Shown piece by piece: positions 44,395-56,451 of a stretch of DNA of 64,000 nt. Position numbers and translations under genes: made by a program. The stretch spans positions 56,110,001-56,174,000 of the forward strand of contig OX597825.1 of assembly GCA_951406725.2 (NCBI GenBank). The letters run 5' to 3'. The notes below the pieces were generated by a model, which did not search any database, was not told the DNA's origin, and saw only the letters and a list, made by a program, of their open reading frames with translations. This stretch comes from Octopus vulgaris. Taxonomy: Eukaryota. Each line of letters begins with the position of its first letter. The stretch's first letter is position 1.

Positions 44395-44600
44395 CGCTTT
44401 CAAATTTTCGCACAAGGCCAGTGATTTCAGGAGAGAGGGTAAGTCGATTACGTTAATCCCAGTGCTCAAGTGGTACTTATCTTATTGGTCCCGAAAGGTA
44501 AAGTCAACCTCGGCGAAATCTGAACTCAGAATGTGAAAACGGACGAAATACCGCCGAGCATTTTGTCCGGCTTGCTAATGATTCGGCAAACTCACCGCAT
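44395..44600 (-). mobile_element. SINE family B monomer
   Basis: Reverse-complement match; imperfect TSD attatcaggtaata / attatctagtaata. Confidence 0.75.
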
Positions 44601-44624
44601 TATTATCTAGTAATATTACAGGTC

Positions 44625-45022
44625 AAGGTGGCGGGCTCACAGAAACGTTAAGACGTCGGGCAAAATGCTTAGCGGTATTTCGTCTGCCGTTACGTCCTGA
44701 ATTCAAATTCTGCCGAGGTCAACTTTACCTTTCATCCTTTCGGGGTCGATAAATTAAGTATCAGTTACGCACTGAGGTCGATGTAATCGACTTAATGCGT
44801 TTGTCTGTCCTTGTTTGTTCCCTCTGTGTTTAGCCCCTTGTGGGTAGTAAAGAAATAGGTATTTCGTCTGTCTTTACGTTCTGAGTTCAAATTCCGCCGA
44901 GGTCAACTTTGCCTTTCATCCTTTCGGGGTCAATAAATTAAGTACCAGTTGCATACTGGGGTCGATCTACTCGACTTATCCCCTTCCCTAAAATTTCGGG
45001 CCTTTTGCCTAGAGTAGAAAAA
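44625..45022 (+). mobile_element. SINE family B, dimeric form
   Basis: Same structure as 38203-38605; TSD atattacaggtca on both sides. Confidence 0.88.
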
Positions 45023-45539
45023 CATATTACAGGTCATTGTAGATGTCAGCTGAAAAGAACCCGCTACTGGCCAGTATAGATATCAGGTTTGGATACCAGA
45101 GATAGCTCAACCAAATGTCATAAGCAATAATTATGAAGCCATTGGAGACAGAAATCACGCCGAATCCAAGGGGGAGATAACTTGTCAGTCATCTGTTTTT
45201 CGATAAGAAGAAAACAAGAAGCTCCAGACTGATAAGTTTTGTTCTTTAGCAAGATGGATGTGTGGATGAGAGCGTAAGTTCAAATCAGTTGCCGGAGTTT
45301 GTCGTGCTTCTCAACCACACTCTATTCTACATGGCTGTGATGCTGTGTTAACGGGGATAACAAGCTACTGCAACATCATCTGTTGTATATCGGCATTTAA
45401 TTTTATGCCTATTCAGTAGTATATGAGTGCAAATCGCATTGGAGTCTTTCATTCATCGTTTTCTACTTTCGTCAATGCAGGATCGTTGAAATGAGTACCA
45501 GAGTATTACAGCGATTGATATAATCGATCCTTACCCCCA

Positions 45540-45570
<31 letters not shown>

Positions 45571-45794
45571 TACATCTAGTGGTTACCGAACTATGTAAAG
45601 AGTCACTCAACCGTCTCTGTTACGTTGTCATGTTTAACCTGGTGGCTGGTCGAGCACCTAGGTAACCACACCTAGAACCTTCGACATGAAAACATGCCCT
45701 AACGTGTCCGAGATTTTATTTTGTTTCAACATTCTAAACGGTAACATCAAGATGATCGATTAATTACATGTAGATACATTTATACGCGCACGCA

Positions 45795-45893
<99 letters not shown>

Positions 45894-46389
45894 GCATTAT
45901 TAGTTTCAGTCACTGGGCTCTGGGTAACGCCTTCAGGAGTTTTCAATCGACCATAACAACCCAACCCCAGTACATGCTTTAGTCTAGCACTTAATTTATC
46001 GATCTCTATTATAGCGCTTGGTTAATTTAACAATCTGACGCAACACCAGTCTTATTTTACTGACTTATCAAGCACATAAACTAAAAGATAAATACTCTCT
46101 CTCACACACACATACACACATACACATACACTTATATGCATACATATGTGTGTATATGTGTATGTATATTTTAAGCATACTTTAGTTCCTATAGTCTTTT
46201 GTTTGTTTTTACACATAAAATTGCGTCTATGCTGTAGCACTGCCTTCAAGATTTTAGCTTAAGAGATCTACCCAAACACATATTGTCAGTCTAATACTCA
46301 TTCCATCGTTTCCTTTTGTTGAACCACTAGGTTATGGTCCATAAACAAACAAACAAATTTTATCTAGAAGTGTCGGGGTAAAAGGGAAA

Positions 46390-46712
46390 AAAACCCTTTG
46401 GTCATGAATAACCATGGGATCGCACCTAGAAAGTTCCCCTCCGAGGCACAAGTCCGGACAAAGTTGTTTATGGAAGACCAGCAGTCGCCCATGCATACTA
46501 GTTTCCCGTCGCCTTGCCAATAATGTTATCCAAGGGAAAGACAAAGGCTTGGCACCAGTGACGTCGCAACTCATTTCTACAGCTGAGTGAACTGGAGCAA
46601 GGTGAAATAAAGTGTCTTGCTCAAGAAAATAACACACAGCCCGGTCTGGGAATCGATGTGACTACCTCATGATTGTGAGACCGACGCTATAACCACTAAG
46701 CCATGCACCTTC
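46390..46712 (-). mobile_element. SINE family C, alternative-tail variant
   Basis: Head tggcttagtggtta and core cttgagcaagacactttatttcac..ctccagttcactcagctg are shared with 59400-59725; the 3' half differs. Confidence 0.75.
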
Positions 46713-47300
46713 ACAGCAGTCTGGGGACCAATCAGAAAATATATATATATACATATATATGTATGTGTGAATTTGTCTTCGTGAGTGTGTGTGTTTGCGT
46801 GCGTGTGTGTATGAATGCATGCATTCATACATACTTTGGGTTTCCGCACAGTTTTCCTCTACCAAAGTCCCTCACAAAGGATTGGGTGATCGAGGGCTAT
46901 AGTAGAAGTCACTTGCCGAGAGTGTGGTGCAGTGGGACTAAACTCAAAATCAAGTGGTGGCGAAGCGAACGTCATAGACAGAGAGCCATGCCTGATCCTC
47001 TCCCTTCTTGCCTCTCTCTGTCTCCCTCTCTTTCCCTCCCTCGGCCCTCTCTCTCTCCCTCTCTTTCCCTACCTCAGCCCTCCCTCTCTCTCTCTACCTC
47101 TCTTTCCCTACCTCGGCTCTGCCTCTCTCTCTCTCTCTCTCTCTCTCTCCCTTTACACACATACAAACATACATTACGTAACTATTTTCAATGAGTTTCT
47201 GCAGTAGAGTCACTGTGTGCCATATTTCAATTATAAAGTAAAACACTGATGCTACTGTGCATATATATATAATTTATATATATTTTGTATTATACATACA

Positions 47301-47337
<37 letters not shown>

Positions 47338-47807
47338 AACACACACAGAGCAGAGAAACATGTTCCCATTCAGAAGCATATTTTTTCTCTGTCTCCACAT
47401 GTCTATAAATGTGTGTGTGTGTGTGTTTAGATATGTATTTAGGTACGCATCATATTCATATCTCTCAGCATCTTTAATATCCCCCAACATGTTTGTGTTT
47501 TAATATATTATGAACATTTGATTTTTTTTTTTGTTCTGTTAAAAAAAAAAACATTAGCACGTCGTTGCTTTTGGTTGTTGTTTCTTTTGTTAATCTTCCA
47601 TTTTATCTCTTTTCTATCATTATTACTTTTTTTGTCTCTTCTCGCTCGATTTTTTCCCTTTCTTTTTCTCCCAGCTTTACATTTGCAAATCTGTAAATCA
47701 CTTTTTTTTTTTTTTTATCTAAACAATGATAACTCTTCAAATCAATACATTCATTGACATACCCAATATACAATATCATAAATGAACAAAATATGAGAAT
47801 AACTGAC

Positions 47808-47904
47808 AGCTTTTAATTGTGCTAGATAACTTAGCCACTGCTAAAGACGGCATTGATTCTTTTGAATTGGTTGGTGTTGGTATGTTATTCTTTTGTTCGG
47901 CCAT
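47808..47904 (-). CDS. Candidate first coding exon of a host gene (MAEQKNNIPTPTNSKESMPSLAVAKLSSTIKS)
   Basis: AAGATGGCC start context, GTCAGT donor-like site, upstream ETS-like CCGGAA and E2F-like TTTTCCCGCC; no recognised homology. Confidence 0.25.
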
Positions 47905-48874
47905 CTTTTCATCTATTTCCGGTTTACTTGAAAACCTCAACAGTCGTTATGTATACATTTATTTATTTAAAAGTTATGATAAATACACCGCGATTAGTGT
48001 GGGGCGGGGAAAAGAGATGAATGACCGAATCGGTTGTGTGTCGGACAAAATAACACCACACAACTGCCACACACCGCTATCTAGCAGTGTTTGTATTTAA
48101 AATTGCTGCATTTCAAATTCCTCTGGTGTCAATAAATTAAGTGCCAGTAAAATGTACTGGCAATCATTTAAATCGTCTAAGGTGTGCATCAATGATGGAA
48201 ATGAGGTTTAGGGACTAAGGGTACACTAAGGTCTACTTGACTGAGTTTGAGATATAGCAGGATGGGAGACTTAGATGCTATAGGCCCGTCTTCCGCCAGT
48301 GAACTGCAAAGTATCGGAAACGCGTCCTCTGCACCTCACACTCATCTATATTACAGGTACATGCATTTATTCCTCTAAAGAATACGTGGCTTTATATAAA
48401 CGATGTGAAGAAAATGGAGGGAGTGATGAGCTTTTATTGCACCACACGGTTAACGGTGAGGCTGGTGGTTCGCATCTTGTCACAATTGCTGTTTTTACAG
48501 TTGTTGGTGCCTTCGAGGCGTTGTGAGTTCACAAGGGACAAGGTAGATGTGATGGAGACGCTTTGTATGCTGCTTGGTGCTTAGTGTGTCATGAGATTTG
48601 TTAGAAAAACAATATTTCAACCAAATAAAATACTTGTCTTCTAAACACATTTTCAAAAATGTTTTGCCAGGACTAAAGCATATGTTGGACCTTGAGTTAT
48701 TAGTGAGTAGGGAGCATGACGGATAATAAAGCACAGCGAAAAATTTACTAGTTTGAAGAAAATAACCTACTGTTTTTGTTTGGTACGGTGCAAAATATGA
48801 GAAGAGACGTTTGTAAGACAACATTTGGTGAAAAAGGATACTGTGCTAGAAGAGTCTAAGCCAATGATCTAGAT

Positions 48875-49356
48875 TAGTGTTTCTCTGTGGTTCTTGAGGG
48901 TCCGTATAATATTTTGCTGTTAAAAATGTATGCGCAATAAATTGTTTATACTTCTACAATGCACAAAATATTGGCTTCAAATTTTGGTACAAGGCCAGCA
49001 ATTTCGGATGAGGTGAGGATAAGTCGATTACATCGAGCTCAGTGTTCAACTGGTACTTAGCTTATCGACCCCGAAACAATGAAAGACAAAGCCGTCCACG
49101 GTGGAATTTGAACTCGAAACGTAAAGACACACGAAATATCGCTAAGTATTTTACCCGGCGTCATAACGATTCTATCAGCTCACCGCCTTACAATACACAA
49201 AATATTTTAACTATTCTTTAATTACAATTCCTAATAATATTTCATTATGAAAATATAATAGAATTTTTTTAAACATCCAGTGGTTATAAGGGTCTACCCG
49301 ATTAAATCAGAAATCAAATGGGTCCATAGGTAAAAAATAATGGTAAGGAAACACTG
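48875..49356. mobile_element. hAT (Charlie-like) MITE with nested SINE B (48973-49188)
   Basis: TIRs tagtgtttc / gaaacactg, perfect 8-bp TSD atctagat; the SINE has TSD tacaat(g/a)cacaaaatatt. Confidence 0.8.
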
Positions 49357-49677
49357 ATCTAGATGACTTCGTCTATGAAACTGTAAATATGTATCGAGTA
49401 GTTTATGGTAGGAATGACTCATTGATGTCTATACATCTCAGATGTAATTCCCAACAGAGACAACAACGGGAAAAGATATTCCTTTCGTTATTTTTCTGGA
49501 CTAATTCATTATGAGTTGAAAAAGAAACAAAAACAAAACTATGTCCGATTAACTAGAAGAATATACAAGAATCGATTTGATTTTCACCCATTTAATGACA
49601 TCAAAATCAATGGTTGGGTCATTTTGTCTCGGAAGAGAATGAGGATGGTGCAGTAGAATGGTAGGTTTCTAAATATC

Positions 49678-49908
49678 TATTTCTTTACTACCCACAAGGG
49701 GCTAAACACAGAGAGGACAAACAAGGACAGATAAACGGATTAATCGATTATATCGACCCCAGTGCGTAACTGGTACTTATTCAATCGACCCCGAAAGGAT
49801 GAAAGGCAAAGTCGACCTCGGCGGAATTTGAACTCGGAACGTAGTGGCAGACGAAATACTGCTAAGCATTTCGCCCGGTGTGCTAACGTTTCTGCCAGTT
49901 CGCCGCCT
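49678..49908 (-). mobile_element. SINE family B monomer (tail type 1), well preserved
   Basis: 16-bp TSD taggtttctaaatatc. Confidence 0.9.
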
Positions 49909-50524
49909 TAGGTTTCTAAATATCCTACAGTATTCCGTTTGTTTCTGATGGATCCGCATTTCAAATCATACTTTATTTTTTAACAGTCATATTTGTAACG
50001 TTGGTGTTAAAATAAATACCAACAATTCAACAGATTATACATTTCTCCTTTAATCTTTCAAAATTGTTATTATTGCGACTGTGGACAAAATATCCCGCGG
50101 TGTTTATGTTCTGTGTTGTAATCCTACCGATATCAACTTTGTATGTCATTTTCCCAGATTCAGAAAATAAATAGTTATCAAATTCTGACGTTGATTTAAA
50201 TGAATAAACAACGACCCGAAAATGTCTCGTTTAATGCCAGACATTTTTGGGTGTTTATAATATTTGTCATTTGTCTTTCTGAGTTTCACAAAAACATACA
50301 TCAACCCGTGTTGAATTAATTGATAGTTCGTTCCTCCAAAAATTCTTGTCTGGCCTCACTGTGAGGAATCTTGAAAATTACTGCAGTAGTCGTCCGAGAC
50401 CTGATCCCTATCTCTATAAACATTATTAATTTTATTCCTACTCTAATCGTCACCTAAATTTCCCCTAATTAAGGATTGTTGGATAGAAAAGAATATTATA
50501 CAGATATTACATTCTTTTGCATGA

Positions 50525-51466
50525 TGATGAAACAGAGAAAGCAAAGAAGAAAAGGAAACGGAGGAAAAAGTGAAGAAAAAGAAGAGGAAGTAAAATGGGA
50601 AGGGGAGGGGAAAAACAAGTAGGAGGAAAAGTAAAAGAAAAGTAAAAGTAAAAGGTGGAGGAGAGAATAAGCAGGAGGATGGGAGCCGAATGGATGACAG
50701 GGAGTACAAAATAAATAATAAAGGGAATGAGGAAGTGCGACAGGAGAAGAGAGGGAAGAGGGGGTAGAGGATAGTGAAGAAAGAAGGGAGTGAGTGATAT
50801 TTGGCAGGGGGGTGTAAGGGGAAGAGTGGAAGGTGTGGCTGTATAGAGAATGGTGGGGAAGGTGGAAGGGAATAAGGGAAAGGAGAGAAAAGTAAAGGAG
50901 TTAAAGAGGGAAGTTAATAGTGAGGTAGAATGCGACAAAAGAGAAGAAAAAGAGGTGGGTGAAGAAGGAAGGGAAAGGAAGAAGGTAGAGTGGAAGGAGG
51001 AGGAGGAGGAGGAAGAGAAATGAAAGGATGGAAGAGTGGGATGGAGAGAAGGCGGAAGAGGAGAAGGAGAAAGAGATAGAAGTGGAAAGGGAGAAAAAGA
51101 GGAAGACAAAAAGTAGAATTAAAGAAAAAGAAGGAGAAGAAGAGGAGGAATAAGAAATATTGAAGAAAAAGAAGAAGAATTGAAGAAGAAATGGAATAAG
51201 AAGACTTGAAGAAGAAGAAGAAGAAGAAGAAGAAGAAGAAGAAGAAGAAGAAGAAGAAGAAGAAGAAGAAGAAGAAGAAGAAGAAGAAGAAGAAGAAGAA
51301 GAAGAAGAAGAAGAAGAAGAAGAAGAAGAAGAAGAAGAAGAAGAAGAAGAAGAAGAAGAAGAAGAATTGAAGAAGAAGAATTGAAGAAGAAATGGAATAA
51401 GAAGACTTGAAGAAGAAGAAGAAGAAGAAGAAGAAGAAGAAGAAGAAGAGGAAGAATTGAAGAATT

Positions 51467-51497
<31 letters not shown>

Positions 51498-51690
51498 AAG
51501 AAGAAGAAGAAGAAGAAGAAGAAGAAGAAAAACAAGAAGAAGAAGAAGAAGAAGAAGAAGAAAAACAAGAAGAAGAAGAAGCAGAAGAAGAGGAATTGAA
51601 GAAGTAGAAGAATAAGAACAAGAATAAGAAGAACAAGAAGGAAGTGGAGGAGGAGGAGAATTGAATAAGAAGAAGAAGAAGAAGAGCAAG
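50525..51690 (+). repeat. Polypurine tract with long (GAA)n
   Basis: Direct reading. Confidence 0.95.
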
Positions 51691-52211
51691 ACGTTGCGAA
51701 CTAGAGCGTTGCAAACGCTTCAGACCAATGCAACATCAACAGCATATGTATATTCTCTTCCTCTCATTAAATGTAGAATCGAATATAGACTGTTTTGCCT
51801 CACAACCAACAACAAACGACCAACAACAATAACAACAACGACAACAACAACAACAACAGCATTGTAAATCGTTGATGCTTTTCTAAGAAATGCTATTGTC
51901 ATCGATAATTTCGCATTGGAACGTAATTTTTGAAATGTTCCCAGCGATATGGAATCTATTGGGAAAATAATTTTGGTTATTCTGTGAGATTCGATAACAA
52001 CTGGTTCCTGATTTCTGCCAAAATGGTACAGTCTCAATTTATAGTTCTATTCTGTAATTAGCAAATATATTTTGGACCACCCTAGTATTTGCTCTGAAAT
52101 AACCAATTCTACCCCGATTTAAAGCCTTACTCTCTAATTACTTCACGTCTTTGATTCATGTCATATTTTACCTTTCACCAACTATTTCACAGCAGATCTA
52201 TCAATCAATCA

Positions 52212-52277
<66 letters not shown>

Positions 52278-52513
52278 TTACACGCACTTGTATATTCCTA
52301 TATAATATATATATATATAGGTATATACATACATGTATATATACATATATATTACATGCGTATATACATATATATATTATATATATAAATACATATATAT
52401 ATATATATACATATAAATATATCTATATATATATACATATATAAATATATCTATATATATATACATATATAAATATATCTATATATATATATATCATACA
52501 TATGTACATACAT

Positions 52514-52562
<49 letters not shown>

Positions 52563-52645
52563 TATCTGTCTACCTATTTCTCTCTGTCTCTCTCTCTCCC
52601 CCGCACTCTCCCACTCTCTCTCTGTCTATATATATATATACATAC

Positions 52646-52714
<69 letters not shown>

Positions 52715-52743
52715 GTATATACGCATATGCATATTCATGCATT

Positions 52744-52787
<44 letters not shown>

Positions 52788-52802
52788 TATACATATATAT
52801 AT

Positions 52803-53100
52803 ATATACGTATATACATATATACTGACGTGCATTTATGCATACATATACATATACCTGGTATGCATAAGTATTTGTACACTTTCCTATATATCAACTGA
52901 CCAATCTTACTGCCTATAGAAATATATGTCTCACTCTATATATTTGTGTATGTCTGTGTGTATATGTATATATATACATATATTTCTGTAGGCAGTAGGA
53001 TTGGTCAGTAGATATATAGGAAAGTGTACAGATACTTATGCATACCAGGTATATGTGTATGTATGCATAAATGCATGTAAGTATATATATATATACGTAT
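52803..53100. repeat. Inverted repeat, ~125-bp arms with 46-nt spacer
   Basis: 52803-52929 is a near reverse complement of 52976-53100. Confidence 0.85.
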
Positions 53101-53420
53101 GTATATATGTCATGTACATTTGTATGCATGCTTAAACATACACATTTACAAACTAGGATCGGCGAGCAAGATAGACGAATAAAGAGAGAGCGCAATAGAG
53201 AGATAGAGACAGGGCAAGAGACAGAGAAATCGTAAGAAATATATGGTCAAATAACAGATACATACATACATAAAAATACATACGCGCGCGCTTTACTCCT
53301 TCGTTCCTAGCGCTGTTCTTCTTTCAGGCCTATTTGCTCGTTCTAAAAGGAGTCTTACATTCCAACAGTCCAGCTTCAGAGAAACCTTATTACTTGCATA
53401 CTTGATATCATTGTTTATAT

Positions 53421-53617
53421 AGGTGGTTCCCAAACTGTTTAGGATCGCGACCCACTATTTATCACACCAGTTTATGACGAACCTCTTAACTCTACTGAGT
53501 ATCTCGATAGAGAGCAGTTAATCAAAGCTAATGCGTAATTTTATAACTTTTTGCGACCCACTAAGATTCCGTTCGCAACCCATCTGTGGGTCGCGACTCA
53601 TAGTTTGGGAACCACTG
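53421..53617. mobile_element. hAT (Charlie-like) MITE
   Basis: TIRs gtggttcccaaact / agtttgggaaccac, subterminal cgcgaccca repeats, 8-bp TSD gtttatat. Confidence 0.85.
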
Positions 53618-53699
53618 GTTTATATTACTTCTTTGTTCATTCCTGCTAAATTGAATCACCGTTAGCCGAAGTAAACTAACCAGTAGAGAAAGGACAGAC

Positions 53700-54348
53700 A
53701 ATTTCAGTGCACCTTTTCTAGCATCTTACCAATATATCCAGGCGAGCAATGTTCTCCTTAAAAGGGCTGTTCAGACATGATTCTCCACCGAAAATAGTTC
53801 CTGTCCATGAAAAAAATATTAGCGATGTTATGATAAGAACCCTGCCACCTTATGTGCAGATTTGTAACTGTATACTTCCAACCGATCAAGTCTGCATACG
53901 TCGCCACATCTCTATCGCCATAGGACTTTTGAAAAGTGATGATTGTACGATGATGGTGTTTTGTCGGGAACATCTGTACTTAGTGACAAACGCTTCTACA
54001 ACACTTTTGCCACTCTCTGACTTAAAATAGTCGATTCCAGTGACAAGCAAAGCAAGATGACTAGGGCTAAGTTGACTGCAGGTTTTATATCGGAATACCT
54101 TCTCCTAGGCTTTTCCTCAAATAGATAATGCAAGCCAGCAGTGGTAAGTCAATTTGAATTTAGAGTTTTATTCTCCTATACTGGTTGTCCTAATCACGGC
54201 TCCGTTTCAAAACAGGAGCCCAGTTTGTCCCCGTCAACAGTGATGGCTTTGAAAGTGCGGCCAATTAAGGGACTGTCATTGCCATGACCTGGTGTTATGT
54301 CAGTGTCCCTCTCCTAGAAAATTTGCCTTCACCACGGCTAATGAGCCC
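53700..54348 (-). mobile_element. RTE-like LINE 5' region with triplicated motif, decayed
   Basis: Three copies of a (ggcaa..)ctaggagaagg..aaacc motif recalled from RTE 5' UTRs; downstream coding similarity is weak. Confidence 0.45.
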
Positions 54349-54492
54349 TATATAACACACACAGAAATGTTATATACGTATATACAATTAAAAAAAAAAT
54401 ATATATATATATATATAAATGGCGGTGCCCCAGCATGGCCACAGCTCGTGAGCTGAAACTAGATAAAATAAAAAAAAATAATAAAAAAATAG

Positions 54493-54683
54493 TCATAGGA
54501 GTGGCTGTATGGTAAATATCTTGCTTATGAACCACATGGGTCCGGATTCAGTCCCACAGCGTAGCACCATCGGCAAGTATTTTCTACTATAGCCTTGGGC
54601 CGACCAAAGACTTGTGAACGGATTTAGTAGACGCAAACTGACAGAAGCCCGTCGTATATACGTATATATATACACACACACAC

Positions 54684-54759
<76 letters not shown>

Positions 54760-55008
54760 GCGTGTGCGTGTGTTAGTGTGTGTGTGTGTGTGTACGTTTG
54801 TGTGTCTGTGTTTTTTCCCTCAGCATCGCTTGACAACCGATGCTGGTGTGTTTACATTCCCGTAACTTAGCGGTTCGGCAAAAGAGGCCGATAGAATAAG
54901 TACTAGGCTTACAAATAATAAGTCCTGGGATCGATTTGCTCAACTAAAGGCGGTACTCCAGCATCGCCACAGTCAAATGACTGAAACATGTAAAAGAGAG
55001 TAAAGAGT
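54493..55008 (+). mobile_element. SINE family A, full length
   Basis: Matches 23546-23970. Confidence 0.88.
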
Positions 55009-55079
55009 ATATATATATAAATTTGAAATTTTTACAGGTTCAAAGTGATATTTTGAATAAAAATGAATGAATACATAGA

Positions 55080-55255
55080 TACAGTTCTATATTTAAGAGA
55101 TGAGAAATTATGTACATTACTTACATTTGACGGATATTTGTCTTCATCTTGTTTGTTGTTGGCACAACTTTTCGGCTGATATACCCTGCAGCTTTCATCA
55201 GGTGTCTTGGGGAAATTTCGAACCTGGGTTCTCATTCCTAATGTATTTTTCGATG

Positions 55256-55321
<66 letters not shown>

Positions 55322-55390
55322 TCACTGCTAGGAATCGAGCTCGGAATTTTGGGGTTAGTAGCCCGCGCTCTTAACCACTACGCCATATGC
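55080..55390 (-). mobile_element. tRNA-headed SINE with internal (AAT)n and hammerhead, copy 1
   Basis: A box TGGCGTAGTGG, B-box-like GAGCTCGATTCC, (AAT)n, then a hammerhead core. Confidence 0.85.
55161..55206 (-). ncRNA. Minimal type I hammerhead ribozyme motif
   Basis: GACAC-CUGAUGA-aaGCUGcaggguauauCAGCc-GAAA-AG-UU-GUGCC; both core boxes intact. Confidence 0.75.
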
Positions 55391-55531
55391 TCATAGTGGT
55401 TAAGAACGCGGGCTACTAACCACAAGATTCCGAGTTCGATTCCATGTAGTAACCTGAGCATCAGCAACAACAACAACAACAACAACAACAACACCAACAG
55501 CAACAACAACAACAACAACAATAATAATAAC

Positions 55532-55584
<53 letters not shown>

Positions 55585-55758
55585 TGATGATGATGATGAT
55601 GATGATAATAATAACATCGAAAAATACATTAGGAATGAGAACCCAGGTTCGAAATTTCCCCAAGACACCAGATGAAGGCAGGAGGGTATATTAGCCGAAA
55701 AGTTATGCCAACAACAAACAAGATGAGGACAAATATCCGTCAAATGTAAATAATGTAA
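55391..55758 (+). mobile_element. tRNA-headed SINE with hammerhead, copy 2
   Basis: TAGTGGTTAAG, B box GAGTTCGATTCC, (CAA/AAT/GAT)n, same 3' body as copy 1. Confidence 0.85.
55664..55709 (+). ncRNA. Degenerate hammerhead motif (U4A)
   Basis: GACAC-CAGAUGA-aGGCaggaggguauauuaGCC-GAAA-AG-UU-AUGCC. Confidence 0.6.
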
Positions 55759-56176
55759 ATACATAGATAAATGAATAAATTCAAAATTAAAATATAAATA
55801 AAATAAAATATAAAGATAGATACATAAAAGATATAAAAAACATGAAAAGATGAAAATACGAAAAGATATATAAAATATATACAAACTATATGCACACATA
55901 AGTACATACACACACAGAGCTATGTACACATAATGTTGGATGGCCGTTGACTACACATGAGTGCTTCCGCTCTTTGAGCGTCATTAGTAACAAGAATTCG
56001 CTAACAGCCGCTTGCCAAGGAAAATTGGGTTTCTACTGATATAGAAAAACAGTGATAAACAAATAAACTGTGTCGCAAGTAGCCGAATAAATATTAGATA
56101 TTAGCAACGGAAACTATTCCTCCTAATTAGAACGCTATATAACTTTCATACATATATACGTATATGTGGGTGGGTG

Positions 56177-56214
<38 letters not shown>

Positions 56215-56410
56215 CATATGTACATATACGTATATCTATCTATATGTATATATATATATGTGTGTGTGTATATATATATATCTATATATATAAATATATA
56301 AATATATATGTGTGTGTATGTATATATCTGTATGTATGTATATATATATATATTGATATATATATATAATATATATATACATATATATTGACATATATAT
56401 ATGCATATAA

Positions 56411-56451
<41 letters not shown>

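Noticed and set aside
55320-55455. Apparent tRNA genes with ACT anticodon
   Set aside because: No proper acceptor stem, imperfect anticodon stem, and fused to repeat bodies; these are SINE heads.
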